64,000 nt of DNA from Chlamydiota bacterium (GTDB lineage Bacteria > Chlamydiota > Chlamydiia > Chlamydiales > JAAKFR01). Numbering within the stretch: position 1 is the stretch's first letter; the number at the start of each line of letters is the position of its first letter. Below the pieces are notes generated by a model. That model was given only the letters and a program-made list of their open reading frames with translations, was not told where the DNA came from and searched no databases. Positions 34,395 through 45,426 of the stretch are shown piece after piece. The stretch lies in contig JABDDZ010000001.1 of the NCBI GenBank assembly GCA_013287335.1, positions 3,045-67,044 of the forward strand. The letters run 5' to 3'. The translations under genes were made by a program, and so were the position numbers.

Positions 34395-36291
34395 TCCTGT
34401 AGCAGAGGAGGAGAGTCTCTATCTGTTAGCTTTAAAAAAATCGTTAAATACAATCTTACCGCCTGGTTTTTTTCCAAAGGAGCTCGATAAAAATCCTCAT
34501 CTTAGAGCCCAAGCGGTTGAAAGGTGGCATCAGCTTTTACCCCTTATCGAATGGACCCCTTTAAAAAAACCTCCCTTTTATCTCTCTTTTTTTCTCTGCT
34601 GCCCATTTCGTCAGAATGCCTTTCGCTTCTTTCAGGAGATGATCTGCCGTTGGCTTATTCCAGGTACAGGAATCGATGCTTTCTTGCAGTTTGCCATCAA
34701 TTTTTATATTCCAGATCTTTGCAACACGCAATATCTGGCTGGGCAAGTTGTTGTGAATATCGAAACCTTAAAAGAGCTAGAACTGGTAGAGAAAAACCTT
34801 CCTATTTTAGAGACAGAAATCCGTCTTGGAATGCAATCTGCCTACCAGGCTAACCGAATATTAGAGATTAAAGGACTCTCTTCCGATGAAAAAACGGGGA
34901 TGATTCAGGAAAATATTGCAATGCTTGTCAAGCATCGCCCCCAGGATTTTGACTATGATCTCTTCTCAGAAATGCAACATCTTTTAGTCTTCTGCAAAGA
35001 GGAGTTTAAACATCCTAGATCCTATAAACATATGAGCCGCCTCATCTGTTTTTTTTATCTCTTTAGAAAAGCCCTTATGCACTCTTCAGAGGCTTTTCCC
35101 GAGAGGCGCTTTGTGAGTGTCAAGCTTATTCGAGTGACCCTTTTGCAACACAATGTAAAGAGACGCGTTTTGGGGGTTGTGATAGGACTCAGCTTTTTAA
35201 GAGAAAATGAGATCTTCACCCAACGGCATATCTTGAAAGCTATAAAAAGCTATATTCCTAATACAAGGGTAATTAAGGGTTCCTTCTTTAAGAATGCATC
35301 ACGCCACAATCCGACCTGTTTGGCTTATTTGGAGGTAGAGAAAGAGGATGAATCTCCCTTTACCATCGATGAGACAAGCGGTTTAAAAGAGGAGCTGCCC
35401 CATGCTATTGGCGAGTGCATAGAAAAGAGTTATAACCTTATTTTTATGCCCCAAAATGAAGAGGAGGTTTTTCGAGGAATCCTGGCTTTATCAAACCAGC
35501 TTACATATATGAGAGATCTGCCTCAAGCCATGATCTCCTTTGAAAAACAGACCGAAAGCCATCTGGAATTTTTAGTGATTGTTGTGCGCATTGTGAAACC
35601 TGCTTCTATACCCATCCAGGACCTTTTTGAGACAAGGCCTACATTTTTACATTTCATTCCCGATCGTATTAAAGTTGTGGGACTTCTTCGCAAAAAATAT
35701 CGTAAAGAGGCGAATGTATTCAGGCTGCAAGCTAAAAAGGATCACTATTTAAGGCATGACCATTCCGTCGACCTATATAAAGCACGCAGCGAGGTCGCTG
35801 AGGAGCTTGCTCGCATTGTTGGCGAGTTTAGAGACTTTAATGGGGGAACAATTTCTAAAGAGAATGAGCTCTTTGCAAATCTTCGCAAGCTCGTTGGAAA
35901 AAAAGGGCAGGAGCATGCTTTTTTGTTAGAAAATTTCTTTTATTCGCTGGGCCCCGCTGTGATGCGGAGCGTCCTTAAACCTGTGCCGCTTAAAAAACTT
36001 TTTTTTATGCTCCTTGAAGCAGCGCATTTTGAGGGGAAAGAGAGGGAGGCGATAGAGATGCGTACTTTGGAAGATAGAGAGTTTTCTTATATGGTACTTC
36101 TTTCTAAAGAACCCTATTTTCGCACGGAAGTTTTGAGTGCAATTGAGCGGACTATAACAGATGGGAGCCAGGTTGCAACTTGCTTTGTAACTCATAATGG
36201 CCTATTCTGTATGGGAATTTTAGATAGAATTATAGCTCATGAGAGTGCATTAAAATTGCGCTTTGCAATTGAGAGTGTGCTCACAAACTGA
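34357..36291 (+). CDS. Hypothetical protein; stand-alone copy of a ~650-670-aa domain also found at the N-terminus of 36848..40402
   Basis: Collinear similarity to the next large ORF, e.g. QAMISFEKQTESHLEFLV vs QMMLFFEKQTDTALIFTL, VGEFRDFNGGTISKENELF vs FGEMRDYDGGLILKQQELF, and LLENFFYSLGP vs LLENFFYSITP. The start is uncertain (34270 in the track; ATG 34357 minimises overlap with lysC). Confidence 0.7.
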   Translation: MKVRGPLHLKITSPVAEEESLYLLALKKSLNTILPPGFFPKELDKNPHLRAQAVERWHQLLPLIEWTPLKKPPFYLSFFLCCPFRQNAFRFFQEMICRWLIPGTGIDAFLQFAINFYIPDLCNTQYLAGQVVVNIETLKELELVEKNLPILETEIRLGMQSAYQANRILEIKGLSSDEKTGMIQENIAMLVKHRPQDFDYDLFSEMQHLLVFCKEEFKHPRSYKHMSRLICFFYLFRKALMHSSEAFPERRFVSVKLIRVTLLQHNVKRRVLGVVIGLSFLRENEIFTQRHILKAIKSYIPNTRVIKGSFFKNASRHNPTCLAYLEVEKEDESPFTIDETSGLKEELPHAIGECIEKSYNLIFMPQNEEEVFRGILALSNQLTYMRDLPQAMISFEKQTESHLEFLVIVVRIVKPASIPIQDLFETRPTFLHFIPDRIKVVGLLRKKYRKEANVFRLQAKKDHYLRHDHSVDLYKARSEVAEELARIVGEFRDFNGGTISKENELFANLRKLVGKKGQEHAFLLENFFYSLGPAVMRSVLKPVPLKKLFFMLLEAAHFEGKEREAIEMRTLEDREFSYMVLLSKEPYFRTEVLSAIERTITDGSQVATCFVTHNGLFCMGILDRIIAHESALKLRFAIESVLTN

Positions 36292-36339
36292 ACAAGCAGC
36301 TATGGTCGATTCAGCTGAAAAGGCTATACAAGGTGCAGG

Positions 36340-36684
36340 ATGAATTGTCTTAAACAAACATGGGAGACTCTGATTTATAAACGTCAGCCAACTCCCCCTC
36401 CCGACCCGGATCCCATTATCGCAGCCAAATTGATTGGAAGGCAGTATAAGTGTCGCGTCTTTGGACTTGTAATGTTAATTGCCGCAGTTGTTGCTGCCGT
36501 TGTGGGGCTTCTTTTTATTTCGCAGACTTTTCCGGTCTCTGCATTCACTAGATATTTCTATACCGGGACTTTTTTTACCGGCTCTGTTCTATTTCTCGCC
36601 ATTGCAATCCTTGGCCTTGGAGGGAATCATGCCCAGCACCCAACGCCTGATCCGCCCAAAGCCAAAAAAAAGCAAAATCCCTAA
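36340..36684 (+). CDS. Small Inc-like membrane protein with Pro-rich termini
   Basis: Two hydrophobic lobes (VFGLVMLIAAVVAAVVGLLFI and FFTGSVLFLAIAILGLGG) are separated by ~15 aa and flanked by PTPPPDPDP and PTPDPP. Confidence 0.6.
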   Translation: MNCLKQTWETLIYKRQPTPPPDPDPIIAAKLIGRQYKCRVFGLVMLIAAVVAAVVGLLFISQTFPVSAFTRYFYTGTFFTGSVLFLAIAILGLGGNHAQHPTPDPPKAKKKQNP

Positions 36685-36847
36685 ATGTATGCTCACAAGC
36701 AGCTAATGGCAAGTTTGGAAAAATTTCCACGAGAAGTATGCATAGACTAGAATATAGTTTTTAGTCTTTATGAATATTTTATTGAATAAAATTTGTATTA
36801 AAATTTAGAATCCCTAATTTAACAAAATTTTAATTATCGTCCTTAAG

Positions 36848-39800
36848 ATGATGTACGAAAATTCTAGGAACATACTTCTCTATCCGAGCCCAAAAACCTC
36901 TGAGGGCCCTGATTTTCCCTTTGCTTTGGAAAAATACATCTCTCCGCAATTTTTTTTTCACACGGCCTCCGCTGAGCAGGAGAGAGAAGTAAAGGAGATA
37001 GCCAATCTCTTAAGGAGCATCATTTCTAAAGAAAACCTAGCTTCGCTGGAGCTATTTTCGAGCTGGATTAGATCAAGCATGCCTTTTGTTACCTGGAAGC
37101 ATCCGACCACACTCTTCAATCGCTTCTCCATTTTTATGCTCTGTTTTTCTTCTCAGGATTTTAAACAGGAGGAGTTTTTTGTAGAAATGGTGAAAAACCA
37201 GCTTATTCCGGGACAAGAAATCTCTCTCTATTCATTCCGCTGTTTGCATTTTTACCTTAAAATTTATTCTCCTCAATCTTTCTTGCTGATAGAGAGTGTT
37301 GTCGCTCTTAAAGAACACAAATCCGTTGAAATGATGCAGAAGCGCCTTCCGGCTTTTGCAGAAACCATCTCTTTGGGATGCAGATCTTCTAAAGCTGCAA
37401 AATCGATGCTTCTTAATTCGTTATACACTACTCATCAGCAGCTTCAGTTTTCCTGGCAGACAATTTTTCTTATTCAGAAAAATCTGAAACGTTGGGTTAA
37501 ACGGTTTCCTCACTATTTTGATGTTGGTTTATTTGTTGAATTGGCGCGCTTTTTGGCAATCTGCTCGCCTATCTACCTAGAGCAACGCTTGGCAAAACAC
37601 GTTTGTCGGTTAGTGATCTCAAAATTCTGGATGCAAAAAACAATACTGCGAGCGCTTCTAACAAACTCAGAAAGGCGCCACCTCTGCCTCCGTCTCCTAC
37701 CCACACAGCTTCACTCTTTTTTTGAAAAAAAGCCTGTGCTTGGAATTTTCATTACCCTCTCTCTTTTTGATAAATATGAGTCCTTTGATGAAGAGCATGT
37801 CCTTGTGGCCATCCAAAAATGGATGCCTGATGTTCTTCCCGTCAAGAGCTCTCGCTATTTATACCGTAATCCGCATGATGAGAGAGTGCTTATCCTTTAT
37901 GTTGAAGTAGATAAAAAAAGCGGCGAGCCTTTTTCGCTGCAGGAAAGAACGCTGCTTAAAAAAAGGCTTCTACAAGAGCTTAAAGAGAGTGTCCAAAAAT
38001 TGATGCCTGCTCTTTTCACTATACGCAATGAAGAGAAAGTCATGAAAAGCATTATCACTCTTAGCCAGGAGTTGAATCAGATCTCTTCCCTGCCTCAGAT
38101 GATGCTCTTTTTTGAAAAACAAACAGATACAGCACTGATCTTTACTCTTCTTCTTGTTTACTTGGCAAAGGGGCATTCGATTAAGATCGAGGAGCGCTTG
38201 CAGCAGCTCAATTCCCATTTAAAGGTCTCTCTTGAGCGGAGAGAGATTGTTGGATATTTGGAAGAGGAGGAGCCCAAAGAGGCAGCAATTTTTCATGTTC
38301 AGCTTCCTAAGACAATGGATATTCTTAGAAGAGATTTTGCAGTGAATGTCTATAAGGGCAGGCAAAAAGTTGTGGAATTTTTGCATGAGATTTTTGGGGA
38401 GATGCGAGATTATGACGGGGGTTTGATCCTCAAACAGCAGGAGCTCTTTTTTCAGCTGCAAGAGCAATTTCCTGATCTTGTTAAAGAAAAAAGCAGTCTA
38501 CTTGAAAACTTTTTCTACTCTATAACACCCATTGAAAGGCAAGCTACTCTTCCTCTTACAAAACTTAGAACCCTCTTTTCCCTCATCCTCACCTCATTGG
38601 AAGAGAATCTCAAAAAAAAGGACTCCTATGTCTTTAATCATCACGCAACCGAGAGGCATCTTTTCGTATGCATACGTGCCGAAAACCCTGCTTTAAAAAA
38701 GTATATTCTTCAGAAAACTAACGCTCTCCCTCTCTCCGCAAGGCAATTGACGACAAGCATCTTTCATTTTCAAGAGACGATTGGTTGGGGATTTATTTTA
38801 GAATCTGATGAACCCACTGTTTTCTCTCTCTGGATTGAAAGTTTGAAAGAGGCGATCAATCAGTGGAAGAAAGAGAGGGAGGAATTTCAAGTTCTCCGTC
38901 TTAATTTAGGCAGTAATCCCATCTCTCTCGACCCTCGGATGGCTGGAGACCATATTTCGAAAGTCATTCTGAGCATGCTTTTTGAGGGGTTAATGCGTTT
39001 AGTACCGGGTAATAAGGCGGAGCTTGCAATTGCTCGAAAGGTCGATATTTCTCCTGATTTAAAGAGTTATGTGTTTCATTTGCGAAACTGTCTCTGGTCC
39101 AATGGAATGCCTGTTCAAGCTCAAGATTTTGAGTATGCCTGGAAAAAAATTCTCTCCCCAGAGTTTAAAACACCCTTTGCATATTTTTTATATCCTATAA
39201 AAAATGCGCGTGCAGCAAAAAACGGGAGCATTTCTCTTGACAAGATAGGTGTTTATGCTTTGGATGACTTAACTCTACAGGTTGATTTATCACATCCCAT
39301 TCCCTATTTTTTAGAATTGACAGCACTACCTATCTTCTCTCCTGTTAATGCTTCTATAGATAAAGCAAATCCCCATTGGACCGCTTCTGAGGGAGAGGCT
39401 TTTGTCTGCAATGGTCCCTTTTTTATTAAAAAAAATCCGAAAGGAGAGAGTTACCTTTTAGAAAAAAATCCTCTCTATTGGGATGAGCGAAATATTCATC
39501 TGAACCAGGTCATATTTTCTACAACAAATGCCCGCATTTCCTTGGAAATGTTTAAGAACGACGAACTTGATTGGTTAGGACGTCCTTTACGACCTTGGGA
39601 TTCTCTTTTTGAGTTAGCAAAAAGTGAAAAGACAGAAACGGTTTTTTTAGTGAATCGTGTCTATTGGTGCTCTTTTTCCGTAAGAAAATTTCCTTTCAAT
39701 TGCGTAAAACTCAGACAAGCACTCTCTTTAGCGATTGATAGGCAAGAAATTGTTGAAATGCTATGCGACGGTGTTCCAGCATTTTCTCCACTTCCTTCCA

Positions 39801-40402
39801 ACCATGCTCAATATCCCTTTTATGGTAATACAAAGGGTGAGCCTGAGCTTGCAAAACAACTCTTTGAGGAGGCTCTAAAAGAGCTAAAGCTTACTTTGGG
39901 AACATTTCCAACATTACGATTGATCTATCCAGAAGCTGAGAGACGTCAAAAAATCGCGACCATCCTCGCTCATCAATGGAAAAAGGTCTTAGGTATTGAT
40001 GTCCACGGGCAAGATTGCGAATGGTCAACTCTTTTTCAAAAAATCACTGATGGGGATTATGAAATGGCCTGTATTGGCTGGTATCCCTCTATTGATGACC
40101 CTCTTTATACTCTAGATGTTTTTAAACAAGATGGAGATGAATTGAACTTCCCCAAATGGGAAGATAAAGAGTTTCGCGAAATAGTGGATGCAGCCTCTTA
40201 TGAAACAGATTCCGTGAAACGGAATCGCTACCTGGCACGCGCAGAAGCTATTCTGATTAAAGAAGTGCCTTTGATTCCTCTGATCTACGAACGAGATCAG
40301 GCGATTAAGAAAAATTTTTTGAATGTCAATATTATCAATGATTTTGTTGATTTCAAAAAAATTAATCTGAAGAAGATAAAACAAACCAAAAATGGAGAAT
40401 AA
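36848..40402 (+). CDS. Fusion protein: N-terminal ~690-aa unknown domain plus C-terminal family-5 solute-binding (OppA/DppA-like) domain
   Basis: The C-terminal part (LRLNLGSNPISLDPRMAGDHISKVILSMLFEGLMRL...VFHLRNCLWSNGMPVQAQDFEYAWKKILSP...) matches the SBP_bac_5 pattern. The N-terminal part is paralogous to 34357..36291. There is no signal peptide at the N-terminus. Confidence 0.8.
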   Translation: MMYENSRNILLYPSPKTSEGPDFPFALEKYISPQFFFHTASAEQEREVKEIANLLRSIISKENLASLELFSSWIRSSMPFVTWKHPTTLFNRFSIFMLCFSSQDFKQEEFFVEMVKNQLIPGQEISLYSFRCLHFYLKIYSPQSFLLIESVVALKEHKSVEMMQKRLPAFAETISLGCRSSKAAKSMLLNSLYTTHQQLQFSWQTIFLIQKNLKRWVKRFPHYFDVGLFVELARFLAICSPIYLEQRLAKHVCRLVISKFWMQKTILRALLTNSERRHLCLRLLPTQLHSFFEKKPVLGIFITLSLFDKYESFDEEHVLVAIQKWMPDVLPVKSSRYLYRNPHDERVLILYVEVDKKSGEPFSLQERTLLKKRLLQELKESVQKLMPALFTIRNEEKVMKSIITLSQELNQISSLPQMMLFFEKQTDTALIFTLLLVYLAKGHSIKIEERLQQLNSHLKVSLERREIVGYLEEEEPKEAAIFHVQLPKTMDILRRDFAVNVYKGRQKVVEFLHEIFGEMRDYDGGLILKQQELFFQLQEQFPDLVKEKSSLLENFFYSITPIERQATLPLTKLRTLFSLILTSLEENLKKKDSYVFNHHATERHLFVCIRAENPALKKYILQKTNALPLSARQLTTSIFHFQETIGWGFILESDEPTVFSLWIESLKEAINQWKKEREEFQVLRLNLGSNPISLDPRMAGDHISKVILSMLFEGLMRLVPGNKAELAIARKVDISPDLKSYVFHLRNCLWSNGMPVQAQDFEYAWKKILSPEFKTPFAYFLYPIKNARAAKNGSISLDKIGVYALDDLTLQVDLSHPIPYFLELTALPIFSPVNASIDKANPHWTASEGEAFVCNGPFFIKKNPKGESYLLEKNPLYWDERNIHLNQVIFSTTNARISLEMFKNDELDWLGRPLRPWDSLFELAKSEKTETVFLVNRVYWCSFSVRKFPFNCVKLRQALSLAIDRQEIVEMLCDGVPAFSPLPSNHAQYPFYGNTKGEPELAKQLFEEALKELKLTLGTFPTLRLIYPEAERRQKIATILAHQWKKVLGIDVHGQDCEWSTLFQKITDGDYEMACIGWYPSIDDPLYTLDVFKQDGDELNFPKWEDKEFREIVDAASYETDSVKRNRYLARAEAILIKEVPLIPLIYERDQAIKKNFLNVNIINDFVDFKKINLKKIKQTKNGE

Positions 40403-40404
40403 TA

Positions 40405-40785
40405 ATGTCTACTCAATCTAATCAAATAGTTGATGATTCAATGCAAAACGCTGACTGTTTCGTTTCAAGAAATCCTGTTGAAAGGACCTTGGAAAAAATA
40501 TTAGGTCAGAGCTGGTATGGTCTAATGGAGTCAGCGGAAGCGGAAGAACTATTACAGGGCCAAAAAAATGGAACCTATTTATTTCGCATCGATGAAATCG
40601 GAGATATTTTTCTTTCCGGAGTGAATAACGTTAACACCGTTCAACACGCAAAAATTGAAAATAGACGTAGTATCTGGTGGGCGTTCAATGGAAATGATTA
40701 TAAATCAAATGTTTTGCATGAGTTGATTCCATTAAGCCTTCATTGTGAGAAAGGAGAGTGCTCTCCCCTTATTAAAGGAAGATAA
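40405..40785 (+). CDS. Small protein with an SH2-like domain
   Basis: SWYGLMESAEAEELLQGQKNGTYLFRIDE..IFLSGV...VQHAKIE...YKSNVLHELI follows the SH2 pattern W[YF]xG...AExLL....GxFLxR.. then beta strands then alpha-B. GGAG RBS 7 nt upstream. The start lies 2 nt after the preceding stop. Confidence 0.55.
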   Translation: MSTQSNQIVDDSMQNADCFVSRNPVERTLEKILGQSWYGLMESAEAEELLQGQKNGTYLFRIDEIGDIFLSGVNNVNTVQHAKIENRRSIWWAFNGNDYKSNVLHELIPLSLHCEKGECSPLIKGR

Positions 40786-40805
40786 GCTAAAATAGAACTG
40801 ATAAA

Positions 40806-42179
40806 ATGTTCTGCTTGCAGAAAGAGCCTAGTGCTGCTTCTATTTCCAACTACCCACTAGCAAGTTTGCAAGAGCTTTGGTGGTTATCATTGCCGGCCAT
40901 CTTGATGCTCTTTTCCGGTAGCTTGATGAGCTTTTGTGACCGCCTTTTTTTGACGCATGATTCTCTGGCTAGTCTGGAGGCATGCGTTAATGCTTCATTT
41001 TTATCCCTGGCTTTTCAAATGTGTCTAATGTATTGGACGGGAATGGCTCAGGTATTTGTTGGCCAATGTATAGGGGCCGGGCAGCTGCAACGTGTGGGCT
41101 CCTATGTTTGGCAGATGGTCTGGCTATCCCTATTTAGCATGGGGATCACGCTCCCTTTAAGTTCTCTCGCTGAATATATTTTTTTTAGAGGGACTTTAAT
41201 TGAAGAGCAGGGAGGAATTTACTTTCGCTGCTTGATGGCTTGGAATTTTCTTTTTCCTTTAGGGGCTGCCCTCTCCTCATTTTATTTGGGGCGAGGCAAA
41301 GTTCTGCGGATTTTATGGGCAACAATTGCGGTTAATTTACTTAACATCATTTTAGACCCTCTTTTGATTTTTGGAATTCCGGGGTGGACTCCTCACCTGG
41401 GAATTTTAGGAGCAGCTCTTGCGACATGCATAGCGCAAGGTGCTTTTTGTGTGATGCTCTTCATTCCCTTCCTCTCTAAAAAAAATCGAGAAATCTATGG
41501 GACAGGAGCCTTTCAAATCAGGAAACAAGTCTGGTGGCAGAGTTTCAAAATTGGCCTTCCTCGCTCTTTAACTAAACTGATCATCATGAGCGCCTGGCTA
41601 GCCAATTATCGTTTAATGACTCTAAAGGGAGGGGATTTTCTGCTGGTATTGTCAGTTACAACCACTTTGAATTGTCTTTTTTCTTTTATTCACGATGGGA
41701 TGTCTAAGGGTATAACAACTATTGCTTCCTTTATTATTGGAAAAAGAGACTTTCAGATGATTGCAAGGCTTACCCGCTCTTCCTTCTTTTTTTTAATCTG
41801 TTCTGCGGCGATTATTTTTATTCCTTGTTTTATCTGTCCTCGCCTTCTTCTATCTATCTTTTTCCTGCATTCTTTAAATCCTGACCAGGTTGATCTGATT
41901 GTGCAAGCAATGCATGGGTTGTGGGTCTTTGTTGTCGTTTATGGCGTCAATCAAATTGCATTTGCCCTTCTCTTCTCTTTGGGAGATACACTTTTTACCA
42001 TGTTATACAATCTCTTTTCTTCTTGGCCATTAAGCCATTTCACTCTAATGATTGCATTGCAGTTAGGCAATTGTTCTGCTGATAAATTTTATTTTATTCT
42101 CTCTATTGGGACTATTGTGAATGCAGGAGTCTATTTCATCCGTTTCCGTACAAAAAATTGGAAATCCCTCGTCGCCTAA
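40806..42179 (+). CDS. MATE-family efflux transporter
   Basis: 457 aa with ~12 hydrophobic segments. N-terminal LWWLSLPAILMLFSGSLMSFCDRLFL is typical of MATE/NorM-like proteins. Confidence 0.7.
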   Translation: MFCLQKEPSAASISNYPLASLQELWWLSLPAILMLFSGSLMSFCDRLFLTHDSLASLEACVNASFLSLAFQMCLMYWTGMAQVFVGQCIGAGQLQRVGSYVWQMVWLSLFSMGITLPLSSLAEYIFFRGTLIEEQGGIYFRCLMAWNFLFPLGAALSSFYLGRGKVLRILWATIAVNLLNIILDPLLIFGIPGWTPHLGILGAALATCIAQGAFCVMLFIPFLSKKNREIYGTGAFQIRKQVWWQSFKIGLPRSLTKLIIMSAWLANYRLMTLKGGDFLLVLSVTTTLNCLFSFIHDGMSKGITTIASFIIGKRDFQMIARLTRSSFFFLICSAAIIFIPCFICPRLLLSIFFLHSLNPDQVDLIVQAMHGLWVFVVVYGVNQIAFALLFSLGDTLFTMLYNLFSSWPLSHFTLMIALQLGNCSADKFYFILSIGTIVNAGVYFIRFRTKNWKSLVA

Positions 42180-42184
42180 ACTAA

Positions 42185-42417
42185 CCACAGAGACCGCAGA
42201 GACCACAGAGAAAATGAATTACATTTAACGAAAGGACAACTTGTTAAAAAAATTTAATAACAAGATAGGCAGGATAAGCAGGATAAGAATAATATTTTCT
42301 AACACAAAGAGTTGGGAGTAACATTGTAAATTTATCCTGCCCATCCTGCCTATCCTGTTATTCTTTAGATTCATGATTCAAAAAATCCTAAAGTCGAGTC
42401 TCTGGTCTCTGCGGTTG
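42185..42417. repeat. Nested palindromic element: module A - module B' - module B - module A' (full copy of the dispersed repeat family)
   Basis: Outer arms are ccacagagaccgcagagaccacagag (42185-42210) and gagtctctggtctctgcggttg (42396-42417). Inner arms are taacaagataggcaggataagcaggataag (42258-42288) and ttatcctgcccatcctgcctatcctgtta (42332-42360), about 26/29 complementary. Confidence 0.85.
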
Positions 42418-42548
42418 ATTATTTTAAATGGCTTTCACCCAGTCAAGATTATCATTGAAATGAACCTAAAATCAGGCTATGATGGCTCCTTTACACTGAC
42501 ATTGAAATAGCTAATTCTTTACGGGGTGCATGGGAGATTTTAAACATA

Positions 42549-42869
42549 ATGTCTTATAATGGGGCAAATGGGCCTAAGCGCACAACGCATCATATTCGCA
42601 ACCTTCTTCCAAAAATTCTAAAAAGGATTGGAAAAGCTCATCAAGAGCGCCCTGATTTCATTATAAAAGCTTGGCCCGATGTTGTAGGACCAAAACTATC
42701 TTCAATGACTGAGGCTCTTTCTTTTGCTGAGGGGATTTTGGTTGTGAAGGTAAAAAATTCAACGCTTTACACTCTTCTTTCGCAAAACGATAAGCCGAGA
42801 TTAATCCAAAATTTAAGAGATAAATTTCCCGGGACGCAGATCAAAACCATCCATTTTCGTCTTGGATAA
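42549..42869 (+). CDS. DUF721/DciA-family protein
   Basis: 106 aa. AWPDVVGPKLSSMTEALSFAEGILVVKVKNSTLYTLL fits the DUF721 pattern. It sits immediately upstream of gyrB, as is common for this family. Confidence 0.7.
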   Translation: MSYNGANGPKRTTHHIRNLLPKILKRIGKAHQERPDFIIKAWPDVVGPKLSSMTEALSFAEGILVVKVKNSTLYTLLSQNDKPRLIQNLRDKFPGTQIKTIHFRLG

Positions 42870-45413
<2,544 letters not shown>

Positions 45414-45426
45414 GAGTTAATTAGTT

